DNA from: Octopus sinensis
Lineage: Eukaryota
Reading direction: 5' to 3'
DNA length: 64,000 nucleotides
Assembly: GCF_006345805.1 (NCBI RefSeq)
Contig: NC_043004.1
Coordinates: 66,092,001-66,156,000, forward strand
Shown here: positions 26,395 to 40,533 of the stretch, piece by piece
Numbering within the stretch: position 1 is the stretch's first letter
How the letters are laid out: every line of letters begins with the position of its first letter
The notes under the pieces: model-generated
What the model saw: only the letters and a program-made list of their open reading frames with translations
Databases searched by the model: none
Told to the model about the DNA's origin: nothing
Translations under genes and position numbers: made by a program

Positions 26395-26468
26395 GTTTTA
26401 TAGATGTTTCGGGGATATCTCAAGTGACAGACGACTAATTACGTACCGGATATTCCGTCATCAGAGAC
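26395..26468 (-). ncRNA. Decayed type I hammerhead-like motif
   Basis: Minus strand GTCT-CTGATGA-cGGaATATC...GATATcCCc-GAAAC-atct-ATA-AaAC. Core intact; stems I, II and III carry mismatches. Confidence 0.45.
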
Positions 26469-26625
26469 AGAGTGCTCATCGATGATAGTTCTAGAGAGGG
26501 AAATTCAAAATTCATAAATAATAAAATAGAAGAATAAAGACGAAAATTAGATATAAATATACAGTCAGGCTAAGAAAATTTCATATGTCTATATGTATGT
26601 GTGTATATATATAAGTGTATATGTA

Positions 26626-26669
<44 letters not shown>

Positions 26670-27117
26670 CATAAAGACACACACACACACACACACACAC
26701 ACACCACACACACACACACATATATATATATAACTATATATATATATACATACATTTATAGAAGTATTTAGGTACAAAAAAGTTGGAAAATTCCACAGAT
26801 GTAAAACAAAGGTAGCGTAAAATGCTATTTGGTTAGAGCCTTCCCAAATACCTTCACAAACATGTCTCCACGTAACTATTCATCATCCTTGAGACTCACA
26901 AACACTGGGTATGAGCCTCACAAACATCCGGTTCGTTGCCGGATGACTCATTTTGCCTGTTGATCGGGCTCAGGTAGCCTGAAATTTGGTACTTTGCTCG
27001 GGAACATAACAGGGATTAGAACTTATAAGTAGTCTTTACTGGTCCCTATTATCATAACTATCGGATGAATTGATACGTGGAGCCCTGAGTGAAAGATGTG
27101 CATATATTTTCAACTTT

Positions 27118-27154
27118 AATAATAACGATAATAAAAATGATAATAATAATAATG

Positions 27155-27215
<61 letters not shown>

Positions 27216-27300
27216 TAATAATGATAATAATATATACGCACACACAAATATATATATATATGTATGTATGTATCTATTTATATATATTTATTTATAGACA
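27118..27300. repeat. (AAT)n and TA microsatellite
   Basis: Direct reading. Confidence 0.95.
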
Positions 27301-27954
27301 TATGTAGAAATATACACGTGAGTATGTACATGAATACATATATAAGTATGTGTGTATGTGTGTGTGAGCAGCATGTGTAATATATCTAGTATGTTCATAG
27401 TGTGAGGTCTCTAAATGCGTGCGGTAGTTGTTCATTGAATTGGAGTCTTAACGTTAATTATCGTTTATTTTAGCATGAGTTCGAAATAAATGGCATTCCG
27501 AAGAATATATCTTTACGATGCAAATTATGTACTTTTACTACGATGTAGAATAAATGCACAATAATTCCTCACTGCTTTAGGGGGTTGACATATACCTGTA
27601 GAGATTTGGTTAATTAAAGATATCTAATTATATTAGTCGTGTAAGACTAATTATACATTGTTGTAAGGAATGTGTGATGTAATTTCCTTAACACTTGGTA
27701 GTTCATTAAAAGTGTAATTAGACGTAATTATTGTTAACAAGGTAAGATGGAATAAGAGCAGAAATCCAAACTTGAAAGACAACTATCTTCACAAACGGAT
27801 ATTCTCCGTCTGTCTGCATGTCTGTCTTTCTCTCTCTGTCTTATAACGCAATCGCATTTTTCTCCCACTTTCACTTCTGGTGTAGCATCCTGAGACAGTT
27901 CAGGCATAGATATACACATTTAAGCTGGCAAGCGTATATGTACGTGTATCTAGA

Positions 27955-27990
27955 TATATGTATGTAATATGTATATATATACATACAAAC

Positions 27991-28040
<50 letters not shown>

Positions 28041-28475
28041 TCATCCATATATAACTTATATATATATACATATATATAAGTATATATATATAGAGAGTGG
28101 TATGTATATATATATATATATATATAATATTATACGTATATACATGTATATATATATTATATATATATTGTACATACATACGTTCATATATATATATATA
28201 TATAATATGTAAAATTAACAGAAAACAAGCAGATATGTACAGAAACAACAAGCAGGTGTATTATTAGTACAATGTTAGGGGAAAATTGAAAGTCCTTTTT
28301 TTTTTGTTTTGAGCCTACGCTCTTCCAGAGAAAGTATTAGGAGGGAAAAATAAAGAGAGAATATAAAACGCGGAGAGAAAAAAAAGGATATATATATATA
28401 TAATACACACAAATATAGATAGATAGATAGATAGATAGATAGAAGATAGATAGATAGATAGATAGATAGACAGAC

Positions 28476-28531
<56 letters not shown>

Positions 28532-28532
28532 G
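27955..28532. repeat. TA and (GATA)n microsatellites with an embedded short interspersed repeat (28210-28385)
   Basis: Direct reading. acaacaagcaggtgtatta resembles acaacaaacaggtgtattag near 61403-61422. Confidence 0.85.
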
Positions 28533-28559
28533 TAAATAAGTGTTTATTATATGAAATAA

Positions 28560-28745
28560 GGCTAGCATGCTCGTGAAAATGCTAAGCAGTGTTCCGCCCG
28601 TCTTTAGCTTCTGAGTTCAAATTCAACCAACGATGATTGTACATTTGATGCTTTCGGGGACGAGATAAATGAACCACTTGATCACTGTGGTCGTTATAAT
28701 CGACTCATCCTGTCCCCTTAATTGTCTGGTCTTGTGCTACACCTT
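28560..28745 (+). mobile_element. Degenerate SINE family A
   Basis: ttctgagttcaaatt...ctttcgggg...cactgtggtcgttataatcgact. Confidence 0.7.
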
Positions 28746-29092
28746 GTACTGTGGTTAGGCTGCTGTAATGTCAAGCTTGCGGGCAGAGCTACTGGATCGG
28801 ATGATGTATGTTTTCGTTGTTTAATGAGTAAATTCTTTGAGTGTTTTTCCAGAGTATCCATATGAAATTGAATATTATCTATGTGGTTAAGCTACCTCAT
28901 TGTCATCAAACTATCATATCATTGATGTTCAGGTGATACAAGTTTAAGAGGAGGACTGACAGGTTAACTAAGTTTGCTCACACCTACGAAGGCACCGAAA
29001 TTAATTTTAAATAGCGGGTCAGATTTTACGAAATTGCAGACCCTAGTAATTGAGGAATAATGAGTTCTAGTAAATACACTTATGCATAAACA

Positions 29093-29142
<50 letters not shown>

Positions 29143-30587
29143 GTACATACATATGTATGTATGTATGTATGTATGTATGCATGATTCATTGTGCATGTCT
29201 CCGTGCACACGTGTGTGACGCGGCTTTCAAATTGTACAGTTGCTCGCATATTAAAAAACCAGGTAGAAGCTATAACTATCGTCCTGTTTTAATAGTTGTT
29301 TATAGCTTACATTACTATTTAAGAAACACATAAGCACCATCACACAGACACACACACACATACACGTATATGATATCTGATTAATAATTTGAAACAGAAT
29401 ACAGCCTCTAGATTTACTAATAACATATTTTATTAAATATTCATAGCAAAATAATGATAAACATGTTTTTGTCTGCACTTCTTTATTCTTCCTTTACTTG
29501 GAGTTTCGGCTTTGATTTGACAAAAGAATATGCCAAGCTCAGTATGGAAAGCATCTGAATCCCTTGATACTAAATATGTCTTGTTATCTTGTGACTTTGG
29601 GAAATTTGACACTGCCTTACCATCGTTATAATTTTGAAATATTCTAGAATTTTAGCCATTTAATTTCTAGGCATGACGAACAGTGATATTTTTAAAAAAA
29701 ATGTTTTTATTTCCTTGATGTTAGGAGTATTGGATGATGTCATTGTGAAGGTGTGAACCATTGTGGTTCTTTTAACTTGTTAAAACTATTGACATCAAGG
29801 AATTAAATATAAAAACTTGTTGCGTAATTCAATATATATTTTGACAGAAATATACGCTACTGAAAAATCGTGTTAATAAAAGAATTGAGCTATTGATTTT
29901 TTCCATTGCAGATATTGTTTATGTGTAGCTACAGTTTTAAATATAATATCAAAATTTATTCAAGAAAATCTTAAAAGATATCAAAAACTTTTATAAAGAA
30001 TATTTTAAAATATTACCAATAAAATTGTAGTCGGTGGTTTCATGGTAATGTGTCAGAAGAAAGGGTATTATTTTTTACTTCCTTCTTTCATTATTCTCAA
30101 ACTCAGCTTGAACTGGATCTTTATGTGATATTTTTTTTTTTGTTTATCACGTGAAGTTCAATAGAATATTTTGACAACATATGAGCAGAAATATATGTAA
30201 TCGCTTCCAACGTAACGAGTTCTGATTTTTCATTAAACTTCTAGGTTAGAAATTAAGTCGTAGCGTATTGGGTGAGAGAAAAATGCTCAACACATGTATT
30301 CTGCACTTTTCCTCACGTACACAAATGCATAAAGCATACATTTATATGTATATATATATGTAATATATTATACCTTATCAATTTTTCAGCCGCTACACAG
30401 CGGTCATTCTGTAGCACTTTCCGTCGAACTAGTCGACACCAGTTCATATTTTTCAGAATGACTGATGCTTATTAGATCTGTGTTTTATGAGGGTGCGCCA
30501 AACTACAGGAACATAGTCACACAACAAAAGGCTGTCTAGCAGTGATGGGACACGCACACCGAGAATAAGACACACATACGCATATTA

Positions 30588-30618
<31 letters not shown>

Positions 30619-30790
30619 TCTTCTTTTTACTATCTTTTTACTATTATTGTCCTATTTCTCTCCTTTACTCCCTTTTATCATCTCTCTACCTATCTATCGA
30701 ATCTATGTATGTATCTATCTATATCTCTATCATCTATCTACTATCTATCTATCTATCTATCTATCTATCTCTATCTATCTATCTCTCTAC

Positions 30791-30863
<73 letters not shown>

Positions 30864-30882
30864 GATCGATCTATCTATCTTT
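30588..30882. repeat. (TATC)n microsatellite
   Basis: Direct reading. Confidence 0.95.
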
Positions 30883-31065
30883 ACAATGACGTCTTTCAGT
30901 TTCCCTTTATAGAATCCAAAGAAAATGCTTAGTCTGTCACGCAGTGGAACTGGAACCATGTGGCTGGGAAGCGAAATTCTTACCGCACAGCCATGACTAC
31001 GCCTATGAATATATGAATATACACACGCACACACCTACATATTTGTGTATAAGGGTAAACATATG

Positions 31066-31116
<51 letters not shown>

Positions 31117-31259
31117 GCATACATACATACCTTTAGGCATAAGTACATATGTACATACATGCACACACACATAATATATATATGTATTATATAAGTTCAT
31201 AAAAACACATACACCTCCACATATTTAAACACACTACTGCATGTATATGTAATTATATG

Positions 31260-31730
31260 TATTATTCAGTTTTATTTCAAGGTTTTTTTCTTCCCAATAG
31301 AGAAGGAATCGGTTTCTAACCTAGATCCAAGGCCCCTTCATAAAAAGGCTATTTGTATATATACGTATACAGGCGGGTCTGTATGTTTTTTTTGTATGTA
31401 TGTATTTCATGCATATAGTCCCATGTGCTGAAATGGTTATGTATACTTAAGTGATAAATTTCAGGAAGATTTTACAGATTTTTACTGTACGTTTCGAATC
31501 AGCTTTCTTCTGTCCGCTTTTGAGATGCCTAATTTCTCACTATTGGTATTTAACCAGAGAATTATGCATTCCACTGTCCCAATAATTACTGGTATGGACC
31601 TGAAATTACAATCTGGACAGAGTTGCTGTGGATACCTCAATAGTTCAACATAGGTATTTTATTTTTTGCTGATCTTTAGCTTCACGTTAACATGCCTTGT
31701 GTAGCTGATTTCCACAACTGCATATAGTTT
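31260..31730 (-). mobile_element. 3' end of R4/Dong-like REL-endonuclease LINE, copy 1
   Basis: Minus-strand translation VVEISY...VNVKLKISKK*NTYVELLRYPQQLCPDCNFRSIPVIIGT...; the 3' UTR ends ttgaaataaaactgaataat. Confidence 0.75.
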
Positions 31731-31757
31731 CTCTATGTATGTTTGCATGTATGTCAT

Positions 31758-31936
31758 CGTTCAGTTTTATTTCAAGATTCCTTGCCAATAAAGAAAGAGC
31801 CGGTTTCTAATCGAGAACCAACGTTCCTTCATTCGAACTTCAACATCAGCAACAGTGTATTTTTGTATATATATATATATATGAAGGAGCGTCGGATTTC
31901 GATATAAATATATATAATATATAATATATGTATATA

Positions 31937-32015
<79 letters not shown>

Positions 32016-32518
32016 GTGTGTGTGTTTGTGTGTCTGTGTGCATGTGTGTGTGTGTGTGCGTGTGTTTGTTTGTGGGTGTGTGTGCGCATGTTTGGATGTA
32101 CAGATTTGCATATTTTGTTTTATGTATGTATTATCATGCAGATAGTTTCATATCTAGACATTCTTATATATATTCAAATTATAAACTGCTGGATATTTAT
32201 ACTTACAGTCATGGATCTGGATTATATTTCTCCATTTAGGTTTGAGAAGACTCAAGATTAGTATTTCGGCAGTGTGTTACATATTCAGGGCCCCAATAAT
32301 TACAGGTAAAAATCTGAACTCGTAATCTGGATAGAGTAACTGCAGATAACTCAATAGTTCAGTGCAGGTGTTCTTTCTTTCACTGATTTTCAGCTTGTTG
32401 TTAACATCAGCTAATTTCCACAACTGTTTCTCTTCTCTATCCCAAATCATTTTACCAAGTCTCTGGTTTACATATTTTATTGGGTTTTCACAGGATATCT
32501 CCAACCAGTACTTTTTTT
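31758..32518 (-). mobile_element. 3' end of R4/Dong-like REL-endonuclease LINE, copy 2 (microsatellite in 3' UTR)
   Basis: KYW...MIWDREEKQ...ADVNNKLKISERKNTCTELLSYLQLLYPDYEFRFLPVIIGAL; same 3' terminus as copy 1. Confidence 0.8.
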
Positions 32519-32618
32519 NNNNNNNNNNNNNNNNNNNNNNNNNNNNNNNNNNNNNNNNNNNNNNNNNNNNNNNNNNNNNNNNNNNNNNNNNNNNNNNNNN
32601 NNNNNNNNNNNNNNNNNN
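32519..32618. other. Assembly gap (100 N)
   Basis: Run of N; different LINE classes lie on either side. Confidence 1.
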
Positions 32619-34072
32619 AAGTTCTGATGTTACTGTGTTTGATGGTGTCATTAATATCATTTATGTAAATGATGAAGAGAAGTGGGCCCAACACAGTGCC
32701 TTGTGGGACACCACTGCTGACTTTGGCTGGGCTGGATTTGACTCCTTCGACTACAACATGTTGGGTTTGTTAGACAGGAAGCACTTGATCCACTGCAGCA
32801 GCTTTCAAGTGACACCATATTGGACAGCTTTTTCAAAAGGATCTTATGATCAACCCTGTCAAGCCTTGCTGAAATCAAGGTAGATGACATCAGTGTGGAA
32901 CCCTCTCCCAAGGCTCATCAAATGTCATCAAAATGATGCAGTAGCGGCGTCAGGCAATCTCTTCCATGACGGAATCAATGCTGGTTGGGAGTTCAGCATA
33001 TTATGACTCTCAAAGAAGTGAGTTATACGCGATCTCAGCACTCTCTCAAATACCTTAATGATATGAGTGAGATTGGACGGTAATTCACGGCTAGCGATTT
33101 GTTTCCTTTTTTGAAAACTGGGACAACAGGCTGGGGACAACAGACTGGGATAGAAGGTCTTCTGGTATATATCCAGCATCCACTGACTCAGCCACATATT
33201 GGCTAGAGGGGATGCAAGTTGGTTTTGACACATCTTCAAGACACAAGCAGGGAACCTATCGGGACCTACTGCTGAATTATGCTTCATTTCCTTTATTGCT
33301 GCTAAGACATCAGGAGCGCCAAAGGTTATGTCCGATAAAGTGTATTGGGGAGTAACATCACTGATAAAGCCCCGATCAGTCATATCAGGAATAATGAAAA
33401 CAGAGCAATATTGTTTCTGCAATATCTCTCCCATGGTTTTGGCATTGTCTTGAAGAGTACCATTTTCATCAATCAGAGGGCCAACAGTAGAACCAGTGAC
33501 TCTGTGTTTTTTTGCAAATGAGAAGAACACTTTGGGATTGAGTTTGATCTTCTCAATGGCCCAGGCCTCTTCAGCTCTTCGCTGACTATTGATGATAGAG
33601 ATCATGTTGTTTTGGAGTTTATGTTTTTTTAATCTCTAGCGACGAGATGGCAGTCAGATTGGTGTGTTGCTGTTGAGAGTATTTCAGCTTGTTGATTTTT
33701 TGGTTAATTCTTTTAATTTTCCTGATGAGAGATTTTCTATTAATAGGGATTTGATACTTAGATTTGTTTGCAGATCTTAATGGGGTGTGTTTTGCACATA
33801 TGTTCGTAATGGTATCTACAAATGACTGCCAGGACATTTTGATGTTAGTGGGTGTGTATGTGTGCGTGAAGGACCAATCGACTTGTGCAAGATCATTATT
33901 GATCGCTTCCCAGTTTGCATTGTGGAAATCCATAGTGTCAAATGGATGAACAGGAGGGATGGCATTTGTTTTGCATTTTGGCCAGTGAAATCTCAGATCA
34001 CAGAGAACCATGTCATGTCGGAGAGTAGTGTTTTCTCCACTGCAATATTGTGGATAGCATCAGTGCGATGCT
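32619..34072 (-). mobile_element. CR1/L2/jockey-group LINE ORF2 fragment (end of APE, linker, RT N-terminal half), frameshifted
   Basis: LSD(H)DMVLCDL at the APE end, [68 protein letters not shown]. Confidence 0.92.
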
Positions 34073-34077
34073 GAAAA

Positions 34078-34085
34078 ATATACAT

Positions 34086-34169
<84 letters not shown>

Positions 34170-34353
34170 TATATATATAATATATTATATTTATATTATA
34201 TATATATTATATATATATATATATATATAATATATATATATAATATATATATTAATATATATATCTTGATTGATTGATTGATTCAGTTTCAGCGTATGAG
34301 CTGTGGCCATGCTGGGGCACCGCCATTATATATATATATACATATGTATATGC

Positions 34354-34408
<55 letters not shown>

Positions 34409-34480
34409 TATATATATAATACACACAATATGTATGATGTATACATGTGTGCGTGTGTATGTGTATGTGTGCGTATATAC
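34078..34480. repeat. (TA)n tract containing the 3' tip of SINE family B (34283-34325)
   Basis: Direct reading; tgtggccatgctggggcaccgcc. Confidence 0.9.
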
Positions 34481-34879
34481 ACAATTTTGCATATACTGAA
34501 TTATAAGTCAATATTTCTAATACCAACTATTTGCGTTTGTACTGCGCCTTCTCTACTTTTCTAGAGTACAGTTCTGAACAGAATTTCGATCTATGGGTAT
34601 TGTTCTTCCAGGCATTCCAAGCTACCCTTTTAGGATATGCCTGAGATATCCTGATACGTCACAGAACTTGATTACGGTCATGTTTTGTTTGAGACAGTAA
34701 GTAGAACAAAGTGGAGAGTTTTAATAACGGCTTTAATGAGACGATGATATACACTGAATCTTCAATGACCGTTGAGTCATTGAATCGTGCATGGTATAAC
34801 AGCTGGGAGAAGAAATGTTTACAGTAGCAACTGTCTTCCACTCATTTACAGCTAGACAGGATTGCAATGATACGAAAGC

Positions 34880-35092
34880 GGAGGGCTGGCAGAATCTTTA
34901 GCACACAGGACGAAATGCTTAGCGGTATTTGACCCGTCGTTACGTTCTGAGTACAAATTCCGCCGAGGTTGATTTAGCCTTTTATATTTTCGGGATCGAT
35001 AAACTAAGTAGGAGAAACGCACTGGGGTTGATGTAATCGATTATCCCAATCCCCCAATCTTCAGGACTTGTGCCTATGGTTGAAAGGATTGC
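34880..35092 (+). mobile_element. SINE family A monomer
   Basis: gctggcagaatc..tagcac..gacgaaatgcttagcggtattt..cgttctgagtacaaattccgccgagg. Confidence 0.85.
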
Positions 35093-36058
35093 AATAATAT
35101 GAAATGCTTTTCTCACCGAGAAGACGCACGAATTTATTGAAGATTTGAATACCCGAACTTATGTTATGAGACGACCATCTTAACCACAAAACCATGTATC
35201 TTCTGAGAGAGATTTGGCAGGTTTTCGAGGAAGGAATCGCAGACACAGAAAAGCTTATCTTCCGTGAGCATGCGAAGGGAGACATTAATCATTTGGTGAT
35301 CAGAATATATAGTGAATTCAATATAAGATGAAATTCTGAATTTATCTCTTTGAGTAGCTACTTGTAGATTATATGTTAAACTTATTAATGGAAGAAGGAA
35401 CACCCATTTGTTAAATTGCCAGTGCTGCTAACTTTGCCTATGATTTAATATCTTTATTATGTCTATTAAGATGATCGATTCTGGGTTTAGGTGTATTGGC
35501 TATAATTTCAGCGTAATATGGATATTAAGGTATGAATAATCCGCCCGACAACTGATAATTTACAGATTTTTACATCCTCCTCAACGATTGTATACCTCAA
35601 TGGCAATTTTAATAAAAGAAAACGTTATAATGTTTTCTATATTTGGAATTTTCCGTATTGGCAATGTTCCTGGAAAAATCGCGTGTTGTTATTTTCCTAT
35701 GTTAATAAGTATGATCAAATCAGCTTTTTCCCTCCCTGCATCTGATCCGCCTGTGTCATGCCTTTCGAAATGTGTTGATGCTTGTTTTCTAAGCGAAGAT
35801 AGTCTCGAATCATTTTGTACAAATTATCATCTCCTTTGAGAGGTGTGATTTCCGGGTAGGTTTGCTAATATTTGCAGAAGTTCGAAACGCAGCAGTTTCC
35901 AAGATCTGCTTCGATCTAAGGATGCGGCTTCGATCTAAGAAGTGAGCCTATATTTTATGTTCCAGAATATTGATAGTATATTGTAACAGTATTTAATATT
36001 GACTAATGTATTTCTCATGTTCTATAAGCTACACATACCACAAACACACACACACACA

Positions 36059-36108
<50 letters not shown>

Positions 36109-36396
36109 ACACACACACTTATATATATATCTTATATATGTACAGGTATATAAATACTAATTACTACTATTTACCATTTATTGTTTATGCAATTTATTGA
36201 TTTTATAATAAGTTTTTTTATAGTATATTTATTATTCTATATGGTGTGAATAACATCTTTGAATAATTAATTGCTTAATAGACATTTTCCTCTAATTTAT
36301 ACACACACACACGCACACGCACACACAAACGCACACACACACACATACACACGCACATATATATATATATATATGTACATATATGTGTGTATATAT

Positions 36397-36580
36397 GTGG
36401 AAGCACGTTCAATAGTGGTTATCATATTGTGGTATCGATTCCTAGACAGGACAATGCGTCGTGCTCCTGTGCACAACATTTCATTTCACGTTGCTGCAGT
36501 CTACTCAACCGCAACTCTCCAGCGTCCCATCCGAGGGCACAATACAACAAACCAACCTTATGACCCTATGAGACTTTCTA
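36397..36580 (+). mobile_element. Degenerate SINE (family D-like), paired with 38030-38250
   Basis: gtggaagcacgttcaata..ggttat..attgtggtatcgattcct..gacagg..gttgctgcagtctactca is shared by both copies. Confidence 0.65.
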
Positions 36581-37758
36581 TTTCAATACGTATATAATTA
36601 TATCATATGTATCTATACACATGCATACATGTATGTATATGTGTGTGTATGTGTCTGTTTGTTTGTTTGTGTGTGTGTGTACACAGCACAACTCAATTGT
36701 TAAGATACTAGCTTCTCGGTCACAGGTTTTCCACTCGAATCTACGGGCTGGCGTACATTTCAAGTGTCATTTTGTATTGCCTTAGGACAGTTCTTACTCC
36801 ATGGATGGAATTGGTTCCGCGGAAACTTCATGGAAGATGGCCGGATAAAATTAGAAAGTACAAACTTTGCATTCACTCTGCCCTGCCAATTCTACTTGAG
36901 ATTTACAAAGTAGGAAATGAATAATACAATCAATTTACATATGCAGACATGTGTTCGCTCTCTCTAGAAAACACAAGGCGAATTTTGAGTTTTACCAAAA
37001 TTCCTGATAAGTATATAACTTAATGTTATGAATGATTCTTAACAATTCTTAAGGATTTACTTCGTTTTACTCTCCAACATAGTGATCACAATTAGGTGAA
37101 GGCTACCTTTCTTATACCTGTAAACGTATGTGTTTGATCTCAACTTCATTTTAATCTCCGCTGCCACGATCACATTGTTTACGTTCAATGAATGAAGAAA
37201 TGTATCTATCAATAGCCATAACTTTTTGTCTGTCTTTCAAAGTGAGATGAGTGAGAGAATTTTTAACAGCTTTTGATGAAAATCAAACTGTACAACTGCA
37301 GAGTTACTTTAAATGTCAAACAAGAATATTATTTTTAATTTCTCAGGTACCAAGTAAGAGTACACTCTGTAACCCACATAATGCTCTATAGTATCGTTTT
37401 CATCAGTGATTGATTATTGATGTTAAGGTCAGAGGTAATCCTCCAAACGACGAGCCTAGGTTTTAATTTGCATTGTAAGTGAATCACATTTAGCAGTAGC
37501 ATGTAAATATGTCATAGACGCATATAATCTTGATCAACACATAGCTATAGAAAGTTGAAGTAAATCAAACATTTGGATACCGGGCAGGGCTTTGTGAAAC
37601 TCAGGCACAGGGAAGTAAGTAAAGTGATGTAATCTAAATTTCCGATTGGATGTTGCTCTGCTGGGCTGGTTTGCCAATACTCTCCAGCTCCGTCCGTGTT
37701 GTGGTGTACTTGGAATGGTATTTCCAGCGTGGTGGTATCTCTTAGATACCCTAAATTG

Positions 37759-37803
<45 letters not shown>

Positions 37804-37850
37804 GTATATATATGTGTGTGTGTGTGTGTGTGTATGTATGTGTATGTATA

Positions 37851-37898
<48 letters not shown>

Positions 37899-37943
37899 CA
37901 TACATACATACATGCATACATACATGCATACATATATACATAC

Positions 37944-37980
<37 letters not shown>

Positions 37981-38029
37981 CATATAAATATATTAAATAT
38001 ATATATATATGTTCATATATGTGTATATG

Positions 38030-38250
38030 CGTGGAAGCACGTTCAATACTGGTTATGAGATTGTGGTATCGATTCCTTGACAGGGCGATGCGTTGTGTTC
38101 AGGAGCACAACGAATTGCACAACGCATTGCCCTGTCTTTTTACGTTGCTGCAGTCTACTCATCTGTAACTCTCCAGCCTCCCATCCATATTTTGCGTGTT
38201 GTGCTGTATCCATACAACCACCTGGGCCCTTGTTCCCAGACCATTGCATG
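38030..38250 (+). mobile_element. Degenerate SINE (family D-like)
   Basis: See 36397-36580. Confidence 0.65.
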
Positions 38251-38554
38251 AGGTTGCCAGATCACATATATATTTAATGGTCTCTTGCTATGAATATCTT
38301 TCCCTCAACTCTTCCTGGCTTCATGGTCGTGGGCAGAGTACGTGGCGAACTGTATCTGCACTGCATGATAGTTACTTATACAGTAGAATTCTTCACCACA
38401 ATAGATGCAATTGGGGGTTCAGATTTTCTTTTACCTTTTCGTTTCAACCTATTCTGTGGCAATTGTCCCACATCTCACAGGCTTCTTCTGTATTCTTTAC
38501 AATTATTGTATAATTCGCGCAAGATACTTGCCCCATGTGCTCTTTTATACTCTT

Positions 38555-38680
38555 TTACTTGTTTCAATCATTTGAGTGCAGCCATGCTGGAGCAACGTCT
38601 TTAGTCGAGCCATTCGACCACAGGACTTATTTTTTGGAAGCCTAGTACTTATCTTATTCTATGGGTCTCTTTTGCTGTTT
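38555..38680 (-). mobile_element. 3' fragment of SINE family B
   Basis: gccatgctggagca..ctttagtcgagc..tcgacc.caggacttatt..aagcctagtactta. Confidence 0.8.
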
Positions 38681-39371
38681 AATCTGCAGATATAAAACAG
38701 CCTCACGTTACGTTGAACTGACTGCAACTTTACGCTTTTACTAGGTTACGCCAACACATTTTACAATACTGTCCTCGTAGCTTCATTCCCAAAGTTACTG
38801 TATCAATACCTAATATAAAAGCGACTCCCCAAAAAGCTTCAATCGCATGTCTAGTCTCTGTTTTACAATTTAATTTTATTTTCCTGAAATATTTCGTATG
38901 ACCATAAGGTACACCCGATTATAAAGTGGCAGGAATTTCAAATAACATTGATACCGTCCATTTTCCTCATAAATTATTATATCTGAAAATAAAGTCACTT
39001 ATAGGAATTACTAACGTGTTCAACAGATAGTTCATGTATTAAAAAGACAAAGATTTTCAGTGTGTAAATCTCAGCATGTACCATGTCAAGTTTATTATAT
39101 CTTCCAGAATTCATTTGTTAAAATGATTTTAGATAGTAGTGAAAGCAGTACTTTCGGTTTATGTATGCACATGCACGTGCCTATATATTGTACATATATG
39201 CATGTATATCTATATATATATATATGTATATCTTTATATACATATATACATATATATATATATGTATAATATATACATCCAGTCATACATATGTCTACAG
39301 TCTCATATATATACAACTGATTGGAGGATTAATATATAAGGCATAAAACATATATATACATATATCCGTGC

Positions 39372-39445
<74 letters not shown>

Positions 39446-39947
39446 CATACACATGCAAACAGACACACACATATTCACACATGCATATGCATATGCACAT
39501 TATACCCTATCGTATTAAATACAGCATACAGCAGAAGTGAATTAATATATAATATTTAAAACTTAACGCTGTACATAAATAAATTGTATAACATAAAACA
39601 GAAGTGAATAAATATAATATATTTGATATATAATCCTACAGTTTGCTAAATGCCACTAGGAATATGTAGTATCAATTTGAAAAGTAGATATTACCAGAGT
39701 TTTATATCGTATTTCGTACTTGGTGTAAGTTAACGTACTCATTTGACAGATCGTTCGAAGTTATTACTTAAATAACTTAACTATACCGAAAGCAGGTGAT
39801 TGTTGAATAAAATAATGTAGACATATGATCCGCAATGTAATTATGAAGAGAGAATTATGAATTAGGCAATACATACACATGAGCGCACGTATGTGTATGT
39901 GTGTATGTTTGGGTATATATGCATATATATACATATATATGTACATA

Positions 39948-39990
<43 letters not shown>

Positions 39991-40499
39991 GTATATGTAT
40001 GTGTGTACGTATGCAGGTGTATAGACCCATGAGTAAGAGATAGAATTATATATAAAAACTTAAGAGTTGTGTAAATATTAGTAAAAGCATATGTTTCTGA
40101 CACATTACAAGAACAATCTTTAGTTAGGAAACAAGCTATTGAGTACTACCAAGTGAACATATAAAACATACTTGCCACATATATGAAAGCATACACGAAG
40201 AAATACATGTACAGCTTCATATATCTTTTATATCTTTGTCAGTGTGTTTGTGTGTGTGGGAAGGCAGTGCGTGTGTGTATGTGTGTGTGTATAAACACTT
40301 GCTTACGTGTACATGTCTATGAATAAATGCAACGTTTTATCTTTTTCAGCGTCTCTGTCTCTCCCTGTATACGTACACAGAAACGAACACACGCATACCT
40401 GTGCGTGTGTGTATATGTGTGTGTGCATGTGTGTGTGCATATGTGTGTGTGCCTGTGAGTTTGTACGTGCACATATGTAAATTTGTGTTTTCGTATATT

Positions 40500-40533
<34 letters not shown>

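Noticed and set aside
28295-28335. Minus-strand GAGC-gtag-GCTC hairpin resembling hammerhead stem II
   Set aside because: Both core halves are non-canonical (ctggaa, aaaac) and there is no stem III.
31300-31345. GAAACCG motif suggesting a ribozyme (also near 31800)
   Set aside because: No CUGANGA; better explained as the 3' UTR of the R4/Dong-like LINE.
32277-32883. ORFs spanning the N run
   Set aside because: Artefacts joining two unrelated LINE fragments across an assembly gap.
21480-35230. Peptide LREIWQ appearing at two loci (about 21480-21498 minus, 35208-35225 plus)
   Set aside because: It is only a short gagatttggcag nucleotide match, resembling a motif of repeat family F; not evidence of paralogous exons.
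37545-37760. GC-richer island open in two minus-strand frames
   Set aside because: No recognisable motif or matched splice pair; an exon cannot be distinguished from a transposon fragment without a search.
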